Source: an uncultured Candidatus Rokubacteria bacterium (GTDB lineage Bacteria > Methylomirabilota > Methylomirabilia > Rokubacteriales > CSP1-6). Taken from it: a stretch of 64,000 bases of DNA. Shown one piece after another: positions 34,211 to 44,843 of this stretch. Both the position numbers and the translations under genes were made by a program. Positions within the stretch are counted from its first letter, which is position 1, and every line of letters starts with the position of its first letter. The stretch is taken from NCBI GenBank assembly GCA_963721815.1, contig CAVRLO010000024.1, positions 806,475 to 870,474 of the forward strand. The letters are read 5' to 3'. The notes below the pieces were generated by a model that was not told where the DNA came from, did not search any database, and saw only the letters and a program-made list of their open reading frames with translations.

Positions 34211-35619
34211 TTCGACTTGTCGATGATGTCCCGGACGATCTTGTCGCTGGCTTCCTTCGCGGCGGCCTTGGGGTCCTTGCCCTTCTCGACCACGGCCATG
34301 ACCATATCGGCCAGGATGGGTGTGGCCGCGACGTCACCGATCCACGGGATCACCATGTCTTGAGGGTTGCAGACCAGGAGCGGATGCGCGCGCCCGATCT
34401 CCACCCACTTGAGCTGGGCGTCGAGCCAGGGCTTCCACCGCTTGCGCTCGGGGTGGTTCAGGTAGCTCGGATCCTGGAAGTCGGACTTGAAGATCGACAG
34501 GATGTGGACGGGCACCGAGTCGCAGTACTTGCGGTAGTTCTCGGGCTTGAAGAAGAACTTCAGAAATTCCTTGGCCGCGGCCTTCTCCTCCGCGGGCGCG
34601 CCGGCGTAGATCACCCACGGCTCATTGTCGAACTGGGTGAGGGGCGCCTTGCCCAGCGGGCCGGTGGTCTTCGGCCAGACCTGGAAGACGTCCGGGTTCC
34701 GCTTGTCGGGCGGCGCGTACTGATCGATGTACCCGGCCGTCCGGCCCCACATGAAGACCGAGGCGGTCTTGCCCGTGGCCCACGCCGAGAGCGTCTCCAG
34801 GTAGTCGTGCGAGGCCCAGCCCGGGGGCAGGTACGGCTTGAGCTTCTTCCAGAACTCGAGCATCCCGAGCACCTGGGGGCTGTCGAGGGCGGGCTGGCCC
34901 TTGGCGTCGAAGAGGCTGCCTCCGTTGGCGCCGGTGAGCATGTAGACGTCCTCGTTCACGAAGAACGGGATGCCGGCCAGCGCCAGCCCGTAGTGCTGCG
35001 GGGCCTTGTTCAGCTTCGGCAGGTCGCGAAGCCAGTCATCCCACGTCTTCCACTTCTGCGGGTCGACACCTGCGGCGCTCGCGTAGTCGCCGCGGCCGCC
35101 GAAGATCTCCGCACCCCACGCGTGCGTGATGCCCCAGTACTTGCCGTCGGGGTACTTGAGCCACCGGAGCACGGAGGGGAAAATCTTGTCCTCGCCGATC
35201 GCCTTGATGACGTCGTCGACCGGCTCGATGAGGCCCTTGGCCCGGAACGAGGTCACCACGTAGGTCTGCGTGTGCGACGCGGTGGGCGGGCTCTTGGCGG
35301 CCATCGCGGCCTGGAGCTTTCTGTCCATGTCGCCCCAGCCCATGCCCTCGGCGTTGATCTCGATGTCCTTGTGCAGCTTGTGGAAGTCTTCGACGATCGC
35401 CTTCACCGCCGCCCGGGTCGCCGGGTTGGGCTCCGTGTCCCACATGGTGACGACGACCTTCTTCTGCGCGCCGGCCGGCTTCACGCCACCGACGAGCGAG
35501 GCCGCGGTCGCGCCGGCTGCCGTCGCACCGACCCGCGCCAGGAACTCGCGCCGGCCGAGAGCTCCTGTCTTTCGCTCCGCGACCAGCCGTTGGAGATCGG
35601 CGTTGCTGTCCTGGCGCAT
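34207..35619 (-). CDS. ABC transporter substrate-binding protein (family 1, sugar type) with a twin-arginine signal
   Basis: Intact 470-aa ORF. The signal LGRREFLARVGATAAGATAASLVGGVKPAGA is followed by a typical extracellular solute-binding fold. No ATPase gene is adjacent. Confidence 0.8.
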   Translation of the reverse strand: MRQDSNADLQRLVAERKTGALGRREFLARVGATAAGATAASLVGGVKPAGAQKKVVVTMWDTEPNPATRAAVKAIVEDFHKLHKDIEINAEGMGWGDMDRKLQAAMAAKSPPTASHTQTYVVTSFRAKGLIEPVDDVIKAIGEDKIFPSVLRWLKYPDGKYWGITHAWGAEIFGGRGDYASAAGVDPQKWKTWDDWLRDLPKLNKAPQHYGLALAGIPFFVNEDVYMLTGANGGSLFDAKGQPALDSPQVLGMLEFWKKLKPYLPPGWASHDYLETLSAWATGKTASVFMWGRTAGYIDQYAPPDKRNPDVFQVWPKTTGPLGKAPLTQFDNEPWVIYAGAPAEEKAAAKEFLKFFFKPENYRKYCDSVPVHILSIFKSDFQDPSYLNHPERKRWKPWLDAQLKWVEIGRAHPLLVCNPQDMVIPWIGDVAATPILADMVMAVVEKGKDPKAAAKEASDKIVRDIIDKSK

Positions 35620-35665
35620 GGTGTTCCTCCTCGTCGCCCAGCCCGGGGCCGGTCAGTACGGCTCG

Positions 35666-35947
35666 TCATCCGTGACCGCGCGATTGTGCCACATCAGGAG
35701 GGCGCGCGGAGGGCGGCGCGTGCGGCATCCTCCGCCGGTCGTGCTCCCGAGAGCGCACCGGTTGCCCGCGGCTCGCCCAAGCGATGAACGCCTCCATCGT
35801 GAGGACGGAATACCCGCGCTCGAGGAGCACCGACATCTGAGCGTGGAAGCGCTCGCGGCTTCGGACCTGGTGATGGCACAGCACGCGAACCTCAGACGAG
35901 GCGAACGACACGCCCATCTCGCGCAGGGCGCGCAGGGGCCCGGTCAT
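35666..35947 (-). pseudogene. N-terminal remnant of a polysaccharide deacetylase-like gene
   Basis: VRVLCHHQVRSRERFHAQMSVLLERGYSVLTMEAFIAWASRGQP matches the usual start of NodB-type deacetylases. The expected following TFDDG block and the rest of the domain are absent in all frames. Confidence 0.4.
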
Positions 35948-35956
35948 CCGATGCCG

Positions 35957-37032
35957 TCAGTGACTCGCGGGCGGGCGGACCTCACCACGCCGTCGCGATC
36001 GTCGCGGGCGGATCGCCGCCCCGGCAAACAGCTCGAGCGAGCGGCACACCTGCGCGTGCGAGAGGCCGCCGAAGCTGCACACCAGGAGGAGCGTGTCCAC
36101 GCCGATCGCCTCCAGCCCGGCGACCTTCTCGGCGACCTCGTCGGGCGGGCCGATCAGCATGCCGCCCACGGCGGCGAGCTCGTCGTAGGTCCGCCCAAGC
36201 GACCCGTTAGCTCCTTGAGCCGCGCGTCGGAATACTCGCTCGGAAGGGGCGGCGCGGCCAGCGACGACAGGTACCAGAAGCCCTGGAGCGCGAGCGCGCC
36301 TTCTGCGCGCGCCGTCGCTGCCGTGTCCGCGACGTAGGTCTCGCGGCAGAGCAGGAGCCGCGGTCGATACGGTCCCTGGCCGACGGCGTCTCCGCGCGCG
36401 GCGACCGCCGCCCGATACTCCTCCACGCAGCGCGCCACCACCTCGGTCGGCGTGAAGTGCATCGCGACCGGCCAGCCCCGCGCGCCGACGCGCGCGGCCG
36501 AGGCCGGGCGGCTCGCCACCATGTGCAGCGGCGGGTGAGGCCGCTGGAAGGCGCGCGGCCGCAGGCTCAGCTCGGGGAAGCGCCAGAAGCGCCCGTCGTG
36601 CGAGGCGGTGTCTTCGCGCCAGAGCCTGAGAAGAATGTCGATCGCTTCTTCCGTCATCTCGGCCGCCTCGTCGAAGCTCAGGCCGAGCTTGACGAACTCT
36701 CCCGGACGCACTCCCTTGCCGATCCCGAAATCGAACCGCCCGCGCGCGAGATTGTCGAGCGTTGCCGCCTCGGCGGCGAGGCGCAGCGGGTGATGGAAGG
36801 GCAGGACGTTGACGTAGTTGCCGAAGCGCATGCGGGTGGTGCGCTGAAGCGCCGCGGCGATCATCAAGTTGGGGCTCGGCAGCAGCGAGTAGTCGGTGAA
36901 GTGGTGCTCGGCGAACCAGCACTCGCCGAACCCGAGCGTCTCGGCCAAGGTGATCTGGTCCAGCATCTCGGCGTACGCCTGGTCGTGCGGAACGCCGCGC
37001 CCCTGGCAGTAGTAGAAGAGCCCGAAGTCCAT
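35957..37032 (-). CDS. LLM-class flavin-dependent oxidoreductase, one frame break (possibly a second near the C-terminus)
   Basis: From M68 of ORF 36154..37233 it reads MDFGLFYYCQGRGVPHDQAYAEMLDQITLAETLGFGECWFAEHHFTDYSLLPSPNLMIAAAL...FDFGIGKGVRPGEF. It continues in ORF 35957..36922 with GSLGRTYDELAAVGGMLIGPPDEVAEKVAGLEAIGVDTLLLVCSFGGLSHAQVCRSLELFA. The shift lies near 36205-36215. Confidence 0.8.
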
Positions 37033-37940
37033 CAGCGCCGGCTCGCCTCTTTGCGCACTCCCTGCAGAACCGATTTGTCTTCCTTGAATGCGGCGCGGAT
37101 CCAGTCGATCAGGAGTCGCACGCGCGGGACGGTCTTGAGGTCCGGGTGGACGAGCAGCCAGTAGCCGTCGCTGAGCTCGGCGAGGGGCGCTGTGAGCCGG
37201 ACGAGCGCCGGGTCCGGGTCGCCGACGAAGCACGGCAAGATGCCGAGCCCGGCGCCGGCGCGGATCGCTTCGAGCTGCAGCGAGAATCGCGAGGCGCGCA
37301 CGCGCGGCCGCCGATCGCCCAGGTGTCCCATCAAGAACGCCATCGTGCGGAAATATTCGTGGGGCGCGTCATAGGCCACCCACGGGCACGCGCGCCAGCG
37401 CGCCTCGGTCCGCGCCGCGGGCTGCGACTCGACGAGGCTGGTCGCGCCGTAGACCGCCGCCTCGATGGTTCCGAGACCGACGCGAACGAGGTGTCCCGCG
37501 GCCGGGAGCCCGTGCTGGATCAACAGATCGGCCTCGCGTCGATCCAGATCCGGCTTGTTGTGCGTCTCGGCCAGCTCGACCGTGAGCTCTCCGTGCTTTT
37601 CGCTCAAGCCGGCCAGCCGCGGTGCCAGGAAACGCGCTGGCCACTCGCCCGCGGACACGCGCACGACCCCGCCGCCGTCGTCGCCGAAGGCCATGCGCCG
37701 GCGGTCGATGGCGGTCGCCGCGTCCGCCATGCTCTGCGCCATCGGCATGAGGTGCTGGCCTCCCTTCGTCAGCCGGTGACCGTCCGGCGTGCGCTCGAAC
37801 AGCCGCGTGCCCAGGCTCTGCTCGAGCTGACGCAGGTGGCGGATGACGGTGGGCTGGCCGAAGCCGAGCACACGGGCGGCGCGCCGTAGGCTGCCGGCCT
37901 CGGCGATCGCCAGGAAGACACGGAGATCGTCCCACTGCAC
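37032..37940 (-). CDS. LysR-family transcriptional regulator
   Basis: Intact 302-aa ORF. The N-terminal wHTH is MQWDDLRVFLAIAEAGSLRRAARVLGFGQPTVIRHLRQLEQSLGTRLFERT, followed by a LysR substrate-binding domain. Its stop overlaps the start of the downstream LLM gene (TGATG). Confidence 0.88.
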   Translation of the reverse strand: MQWDDLRVFLAIAEAGSLRRAARVLGFGQPTVIRHLRQLEQSLGTRLFERTPDGHRLTKGGQHLMPMAQSMADAATAIDRRRMAFGDDGGGVVRVSAGEWPARFLAPRLAGLSEKHGELTVELAETHNKPDLDRREADLLIQHGLPAAGHLVRVGLGTIEAAVYGATSLVESQPAARTEARWRACPWVAYDAPHEYFRTMAFLMGHLGDRRPRVRASRFSLQLEAIRAGAGLGILPCFVGDPDPALVRLTAPLAELSDGYWLLVHPDLKTVPRVRLLIDWIRAAFKEDKSVLQGVRKEASRR

Positions 37941-38063
37941 GGCGCCAGATTAGCAACTTCAAAGGGCCCAACGCGCTCCGAATGCGGAGCGGGGCGCTCC
38001 GCACCTGGCGTCTTCCGCGCGCGCGGTGGTGATGGTGCACTGGTGCTACAAGGAGGACACGCT

Positions 38064-38294
38064 ATGTGTGACAACGAGTATCTGGCGCATCGGATGGTCC
38101 AGGAGCGAATCCGCGAAGCTGAGGCGCACGGCGCGCTCAACTCGATGCTCCGGGAGGCGTCGCGGCAGCGGCAGGCCCAGGACCCGGACCCGGGCCGCGA
38201 GCGGCCCCGCCCGGCGTGGCTCCAGCTCTGGCGGCAGGCGCCTGCCGCCTGGATCGCGCATCTCGTGCTTCCCAAGATGTGGAATAGGCTCTAG
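38064..38294 (+). CDS. small hypothetical protein (76 aa)
   Basis: The ATG at 38064 is preceded by AAGGAGG (38050-38056) at 7-nt spacing. The protein reads MCDNEYLAHRMVQERIREAEAHGALNSMLREASRQRQ.... I recognise no family. Confidence 0.45.
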   Translation: MCDNEYLAHRMVQERIREAEAHGALNSMLREASRQRQAQDPDPGRERPRPAWLQLWRQAPAAWIAHLVLPKMWNRL

Positions 38295-38303
38295 GCTAGC
38301 GGC

Positions 38304-40098
38304 GTGTACCTGGACCCGAGGCTCTGGGCGCTCACGTCGGGCGTCCGCGGTCGGATCGCCGCCACCGTTCTCGTCGGGCTCGCCGCCGTCGCGGCGGGTA
38401 TCGCGCGGCTCGCGCTGCTCGGCTGGCTTCTGGGCCGCGTGCTTGCCGGCGAGTCCCTCGCCTCGCTGACCCCCGCGATCGCGCTCACGGCGCTGGCCCT
38501 GGCGGCCCGGAGCGCGCTCGACTACGCGCGCACGATGGTGGCTCACCACACGGCCGCCCGGGTGCAGGAGCGCCTGCGCCGAACGCTCTACGCGCAGGTC
38601 GCCGAGCTCGGCCCCGCGCACTTTGTGCGCGCGCGCACCGGCGACGTGATGCTCTCGCTCGTCGAAGGCGTGCAGCAGCTCGAAACGTACTTCGGCCAGT
38701 ACCTCCCGCAGCTCTTCGTCGCCGCCATCACCCCGCTGCTCATCTTCGCGTTCGTCGCGTTCCTGGACCTGCCGGTCGCGCTCGTGCTGCTGGCGGCTGC
38801 GCTGGCTGCGCTGCTGGCGCCCGCCCTCTGGCACAGCCGCGATCGCTCGGCGAGCCTCGCCCGCAACCGCGCCTACGCCGCCTTCGGCGCCGACTTCCTG
38901 GACGCGGTCCAGGGCCTGGCGACCTTGAAAGCCTTCGGCCAGAGTGGCGCGCGCGCCCGCCAGCTCGAGGTGCGCGCCCGCGAGCTCTTCCGCAGCACGA
39001 TGTGGGTGCTCGGCAGCAACACGCTCGCGCGCGGCATCACCGACACGGTCATCGCGGTGGGCGCCGCGGCAGCGCTCGCGCTCGGCGCCTGGCGCGTGAG
39101 CAACGGCTCGATGTCGGTGCCGGCCCTGCTGGTCATCCTGATGCTCGGCGTCGAGGTCTTCCGCCCGCTACGTGAGCTGCGCATCTTGCTCCACCAGGGG
39201 ATGCTCGGCCTCTCCGCGGCCCGGGGCATCTTCGCCTTGCTCGACGCGAAGCCGGCCGTGTCCGACCGACCGGCCGGCCCTGAGCCGCTCGACGCCGGCG
39301 TGGCCTTCGAGGGCATCACGTTCGCCTATCCGGGCGCGCGGCGCCCGGCTCACGCAGAGCTGAGCTTCCAGGTGCGCCCGGGCGAGCGCGTGGCGATCGT
39401 GGGGCCGAGCGGGTCGGGCAAGTCGACGATCGCGCGCCTGCTGCTGCGTTTCCACGACCCGGATCGCGGGCGGGTCACAATCGGTGGCCGCGATCTTCGC
39501 GAGCTGAGCCTCGAGCAGATACGAAGCCGCGTGGCGCTCGTCAGCCAGGACACGTGGCTCTTCCACGGCACCGTCGAGGACAACATCCGCATGGGCAAGC
39601 CCGACGCGAGCGTCGACGAGCTGCAAGGCGGCTACCCGCGCGGCGAACGCGGAGGAGTTCATCCAGCGCCTGCCACAAGGCTACGACACCGTCGTCGGCG
39701 AGCGCGGCGTGCGGCTCTCGGGCGGCCAGCGCCAGCGCATCGCGATCGCTCGCGCGCTCCTGCGCGACGCGCCCATCCTGGTGCTCGACGAGGCGCTCTC
39801 GTCGGTCGACGCGGAGAGCGAGGCGCTGATCCAGTCGGCGCTGGACCGTCTCATGCGCGGCCGCACCACGCTCGTCTTCGCGCACCGCCTCTCGAGCGTC
39901 GTCGGCGCCGACCGGATCCTGGTGCTCGACGAGGGACGCCTGGTGGAGCAGGGCACGCACGCCGAGCTGATCGGTCGCGGCGGCGCCTATACGCGGCTGA
40001 TGGCAGGGCAGGCGAGGGACGGCGCCGGAGCGGTGGCGGTCGCGGCGCGGCCGAGCGCCGTGGCGTCCAATGGCGAATGGCGCGGTGACCGACGGTGA
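38304..40098 (+). CDS. ABC transporter permease/ATP-binding protein (CydD-like exporter half), one frame break
   Basis: It has a 6-TM exporter domain. Walker A is [14 protein letters not shown]. After a shift near 39628 come [51 protein letters not shown] (signature and Walker B) and H-loop FAHRL. Confidence 0.8.
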
Positions 40099-41896
40099 AG
40101 CGCCGGGAGACGAGCCGCAAGCCATCGTCGGCGCCGGAGCAGATCGGCTGGGGCGCGGTGCTGCGCACGCTCGTCGACAAGACCCGCGGCTACCGCGGCC
40201 GGCTGACTGTGACGTTCGTGCTCGGCGTCGCGCGCGTGACGGCTCTCATCGGCGTCGGCGTATTCAGTGCGCTCGCGGTGCGGGCCGTGAAGCGCGGCGA
40301 GCCGGCCGGGATGCTCGCTCGTGGGCTTGCTCGTGGTGGCGCCGCTCGCCGGCGATCTTGCACTGGGCCGAGTCGTGGCTGGCCCACGACGTCGCGTATC
40401 GGCTGCTCGCGGACATGCGTCTGGCGGTCTTCCACAAGCTCGACGCGCTGGCGCCCGCCTATCTCACCCGGCGCCGCTCTGGCGACCTGGTGGGCGCGGC
40501 CACCCACGACGTCGAGCTGATCGAGTACTTCTTCGCGCACACGGTCACCCCGGCGTTCGTCGCGGTGCTCGTGCCCGCCGCGGTGCTGGTCGCGCTCGAG
40601 GAGTTCGGCGCCGCCCTGGTGCTCGTGCTCGTGCCGTTCCTTCTGTACACGGCCCTCGTGCCGGTGCTCGGCCGCTCCCGCATCGATCGGCTGAGCTCGC
40701 GTGCGCGCGAGGCCTCGGGCGATCTGAACGCGCACGTGGTCGACACCGTTCAGGGCCTCGCCGAGATCGTCGCATACCGCCGCGTGGCCGCCTGGGGCGA
40801 GGCGCTCGGCGCCAAGGCTCGGCGCTTCTACGAGCTTCGCCTGCCGTTCCTGCGCGACCTCGCCCGTCAGACCGCGTTCCAGGAAACGGCCACGGGCCTC
40901 GGCGGCCTCGCGGTGATCGCGGCCGGCGCGTGGCTGGCGAATCAGGGGCGGCTCGACGCGGCGAGCCTGCCGCTGCTGACCTTACTGGCGCTGTCCGCCT
41001 TCGTGCCGCTGTGGGAAGTCGCCCAGGTCGGCCGGCAGCTCGCCGATACGCTGGGCGCCGCCCGGCGGCTCAGCGCCGTCGAGGCGGAGCCGATTCCGGT
41101 GACGGACGGACCGGGCGTGCCGGTCGGCAGTCCGCTCGCAACGGGCTCGCGGTCGAGCTCGTCGACGTTCGCTTCACCTATCCGGGTCGCACACGCCCGG
41201 CGCTGGACGGCGTCTCGCTCCGGATCGTGGACGGCAGCACTGTGGCGCTGGTCGGACCCTCCGGGCGCCGGAAAGACGACCGTCGCGAGCCTCCTCTTGC
41301 GCTTCTGGGACCCGCAGTCGGGCGTGATCCGCCTGTTCGGCCACGATCTTCGCGAGTACCAGCTGGACGAGCTTCGCCGCCGGATCGCGCTCGTCGCGCA
41401 GGACACCTATCTCTTCAACGACACGCTTCGCGCGAACGTCATGCTGGCGCGCCCCGACGCGAACGACGCGGCGCTCGGCCTCGCGATCGAGCGCGCAGCG
41501 CTGCACGATCTCGTCGCGGACTTACCCGACGGGCTCGACACGGTGGTGGGCGAGCGGGGAGCGCAGCTCTCGGGCGGCCAGCGTCAGCGCGTCGCCATCG
41601 CCCGCGCGTTTCTCAAGGACGCGCCCGTGCTGATCCTCGACGAAGCGACTTCGCATCTGGACGCCGTCAGCGAGGCCGCCGTGCGCTCGGCGCTCGACCG
41701 CCTGGCCCGCGACCGGACTACGCTCGTGATCGCGCATCGGCTCTCGACGGTGCGCGACGCCGACGCGATCGTCGTGCTCGACGACGGCAAGCTGGTCGAG
41801 GTAGGCCGCCACGCCGAGCTCTTGGCGCGTGGCGATCTCTACGCGCATCTGGTCGCCCGCCAGCTCGGCGGCGGCATTCCGGCCATTGCGGATTGA
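40095..41896 (+). pseudogene. ABC transporter permease/ATP-binding protein (CydC-like exporter half), about 4 frame breaks
   Basis: A GTG at 40095 overlaps the upstream stop (GTGA). The protein is followed through ORFs 40095.., 40321.. and 40070... The Walker A region is split (VALVGPSG / AGKTTVASLLLRFWDP), followed by [32 protein letters not shown] and IAHRLSTV. The shifts lie near 40315, 40350, 41135 and 41265. Confidence 0.75.
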
Positions 41897-41906
41897 GGAG
41901 GACGAC

Positions 41907-42503
41907 ATGGCGTTCATTCGCCCGATCCCGCCCGCGGCCGCGGAGGGGCCCGTTCGCGAGATGTACGAGCGGACTCAGGCGCGATACGGGTTCCTTCCGA
42001 ACTGGGCTCAGGCCTTCAGCTTGAGGCCGGGCGTCCTGGAGGGCTGGATCACACTCTTGAATTCGATCCGGTCCAATCTTTCCGTTCGGGCTTATGAGCT
42101 CTCGACGCTCGCGGCGGCGCGCGCCGTACGAAGCACGTACTGCTCGCTGGCCCACGGCAGCGTGCTGGCCACCAAGGTGTTCGATCCCGCGGCGGTGACG
42201 GCGATCGCGAAGGGCGCGCCGGAGGCTCCACTCGAACCGCGCGAGCGGGCGATGATGCAATTCGCCGAGAAGGTCGCGCTCAATGCCGACCAGATCAGCT
42301 CGGCCGACATCGATGGGCTCAGAGCTCACGGTTACCGGGACGAGGAGATCTTCGACATCGCGGCCTCAGCTGCGGCCCGCTGCTTCTTCAGCAAGCTGGT
42401 CGACGCCATGGGGGTTCAGGCGGACGCGAGCTTCAACGACATCGACCCGGCCATGCGAACGGCTCTGACGGTGGGAAGGCCGGTCGCCGCTCGGCAAGGG
42501 TAA
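41907..42503 (+). CDS. carboxymuconolactone decarboxylase (CMD)/AhpD-like peroxidase-related protein
   Basis: From M27 of ORF 41829..42503, after GAGGAGG. The protein reads MAFIRPIPPAAAEGPVREMYERTQARYGFLPNWAQAFSLRPGVLEGW...STYCSLAHGSVL...EEIFDIAASAAARCFFSK, which is typical of the CMD-domain family. Confidence 0.7.
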   Translation: MAFIRPIPPAAAEGPVREMYERTQARYGFLPNWAQAFSLRPGVLEGWITLLNSIRSNLSVRAYELSTLAAARAVRSTYCSLAHGSVLATKVFDPAAVTAIAKGAPEAPLEPRERAMMQFAEKVALNADQISSADIDGLRAHGYRDEEIFDIAASAAARCFFSKLVDAMGVQADASFNDIDPAMRTALTVGRPVAARQG

Positions 42504-42635
42504 GGACTCCGCCGTTTCGGCGACGACCGGCCCTCCAGCGACTAGACGAACTTCGCGTAGATCGCCTTGATCTTGTCCTCGGCCCACTTCATGGTCTGCG
42601 CCAGGTCCATCTTGTCTTGCGGAACCTGAACGAAA

Positions 42636-44019
42636 CTACAGAATCGGCCAGCGCGAGCGAGGGAACGTGGTGCCGGTCCGCGTCTGCAGCTTCTCGCCGA
42701 TCTCCTGCACCTTCGCGAAGAGCTGCGGCTCGTCCACGAACGTCTGGCGATAGGCGTCCACCACTACGCGGCCGTCGATGATGACGGTGTGCACGCTGCG
42801 GCCGTCGGCGTTGTAGACCAGGTTGTTGATCGGATTGAAGAGCGACTGCCATTCCGGCCGCTGCGTGTCGAAGAGCACCAGGTCGGCCTTCTTGCCGGGC
42901 TCGATCGAGCCGATCTCGCCGTCGACGCCGAGCGCCTGGGCGCCGACGAGCGTCGCCATCTCCAGCGCCGCCTCGGCCGGGATCATCCGCATGTCCTGGC
43001 GGGCGTCCTTGTACTGGATCGCCGCCATGTTCATCGCGCGCACGATGTCCAGATGGTTCGAGTTGTTGGGCGAGTCGCAGCCGAGCGCGACCTTCACGCC
43101 CTTCGCCAGCAGCTCCGGCATCCGCCCGTGCTCGGCGACGCCCGCGGCCGCCCTTCGCGGCGGTCACCGGACACATCGCGACCTTCGTGCCCGTACGCGC
43201 CAGACAATCGATCTCGGCGTCGTCCACGCCGAGCGAGTGCGCCAGGACCACGTTCGGCCCGAGCACGCCGATCGACTCGAGGTACTCGGTCGGGGAGTGC
43301 CGTGACGCGTCTGGGAGTCCTTGCGCGCCTGCGGCCCGCTGCCGTGGTGGAGCGTCAGGAACGTCTGATGCTCGTCGGCGACCTCGCTTGAGCGCGCGCA
43401 GGAGATCGGCGCTGCACGTCTCCGGCGAGAACGGCATGGCCCACGCCTTGATCCGGCCGTCGAGCCGGCCCTGCCACTTGCCGAGGAACGCCGCCGTGCG
43501 GCTGCACGGCCTCGTTCGTCGCGAATAGCGGGGCAGGGGGAAGGGCGCCTCCTGGTCGGTGACGCAGTCGCCGAGGATCACGCGGATGCCGGCGTCGTCG
43601 TAGGCCTGCAGGCACGCGTCCGGGAACTTCGTGCTGCCCGGGTCGACGAAGCAAACCGTGCCGCTCTTCAGGAGCTCCACGAGGCCCAGCGAGGTCGTGG
43701 CGTGCTCCTCTTCCTCGGTCATCGCCATCTGGAGCTTGAACACGTGGGCGAGCGGACTGCCAGATTGTCGGGAAAGATCCCGCGCACCGCGTGGGCGTAG
43801 CTGATGTGCATGTGGCCGTTGACGAACCCGGGGGTCACGAGCATGTGGCGGGCGTCGATCACGCGGTCGGCCGCGGCGCTCGCCAGCGCGGCCGCCTTGC
43901 CCACGCGGCTCACGCTGGCCGTCCTCGACGAGGATCGAGCCGTCCTGGATGATGCGCCGCTCGCGGTCGACGGTGACGACGTAACGGGCGTTGTCGATCT
44001 TCAGGCTCTGAGGCGGCAT
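42636..44019 (-). pseudogene. amidohydrolase family protein, at least 5 frame breaks
   Basis: The pieces are MPPQSLKIDNARYVVTVDRERRIIQDGSILVEDGQ / VIDARHMLVTPGFVNGHMHISYAHAVRGIFPDNL / LAHVFKLQMAMTEEEEHATTSLGLVELLKSGTVCFVDPGS / ...PTEYLESIGVLGPNVVLAHSLGVDDAEIDCLARTGTKVAMCPVTAAK / MPELLAKGVKVALGCDSPNNSNHLD...GSIEPGKKADLVLFD.... Confidence 0.75.
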
Positions 44020-44042
44020 GGCGCGTCCTGTCGCGACTGCGA

Positions 44043-44843
44043 TCACCGGCCCTGGAATTGCGGGCGGCGCTTTTCGGAGAAAGCCTTGACGCCCTCCTGA
44101 TAGTCCTGGCTGTTGAAGCAGTCCGCGATCAGCTTTTCGAGCATGGCCAGGTCGCGCTCGCCGTCCGGGACGCACGAGCTGATCGACGGTCGCCTTGGCC
44201 GAGCGGAACGTGAGCGGGGCGTTGCTTGGCCATCGTCAGCGCGTAGTTGCGCGTGAAGGTCTCCAGCTCCGCCTTCGGCACGACCTGGTTCACCAGACCC
44301 ATGCGGAGCGCGTCCTGGGCGCTGAAGTCGGTCCGGGCGGTGAAGAAGATCTCTTTCGTGTAGGCGGGGCCGACGAGCTTCATGAGCTTTTCCATGCCCT
44401 TGTAGTGGTAGCCCAGGCCCAGCCGCGCCGCCGGGATGCCGAAGCGCGCGTCGTCGGAGGCGATGCGCATGTCGCAGCCGATCGCGATGCCGACGCCGCC
44501 GCCGACGCAGTAGCCGTGGATCATCGCCAGGAGCGGCTTGGTCAAGCGTGCCGAGCGAGCTCTGACCCCGCGCTCCGAGATGCGACGCGTACTCTTCCTG
44601 GTCCGCCATGTTGCGCCGCCGCTCCTTGAACTGGGAGATGTCGGCGCCGGCCACGAACGCCTGGTCGCCGGCGCCGCGCAGGACGACCACACGGATCGCG
44701 TCGTCGCTGGCGAGATCCCGAACGTACTCGGGCATGAGCTGCCACATCTCCAGGCTCACCGCGTTGCGCTTCTCGGGCTGGTTGAAGATGATCCAGCCGA
44801 TCGGCCCGTCTTTTTCCAGCAGCAGCTTCGGCGTCTCGCTCAT
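44043..44843 (-). pseudogene. enoyl-CoA hydratase/isomerase family protein, 3 frame breaks
   Basis: The pieces are MSETPKLLLEKDGPIGWIIFNQPEKRNAVSLEMWQLMPEYVRDLASDDAIRVVVLRGAGDQAFVAGADISQF / KPLLAMIHGYCVGGGVGIAIGCDMRIASDDARFGIPAARLGLGY / NAPLTFRSAKATVDQL / CFNSQDYQEGVKAFSEKRRPQFQGR*. The shifts lie near 44575, 44215 and 44165. Confidence 0.8.

Noticed and set aside
34360-35787. A 475-aa plus-strand ORF.
   Set aside because: It is antisense to the well-conserved Tat-signal sugar-binding protein gene. The translation has no recognisable motifs and a Leu/Arg/Gly/Val-rich shadow composition.
40321-42024. A 567-aa plus-strand ORF overlapping the CydC-like gene in another frame.
   Set aside because: It is mostly Arg/Pro/Ala-rich nonsense. 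Only a short part (about 41135-41265, ...VELVDVRFTYPGRTRPALDGVSLRIVDGSTVALVGPSG) is genuine coding sequence, used between two compensating frame shifts of the CydC-like gene.
42542-42610. A 22-codon ORF, MDLAQTMKWAEDKIKAIYAKFV*, immediately after the amidohydrolase pseudogene.
   Set aside because: It looks like the C-terminal tail of a solute-binding protein, but it is too short to call. It is mentioned only as possible deletion debris.
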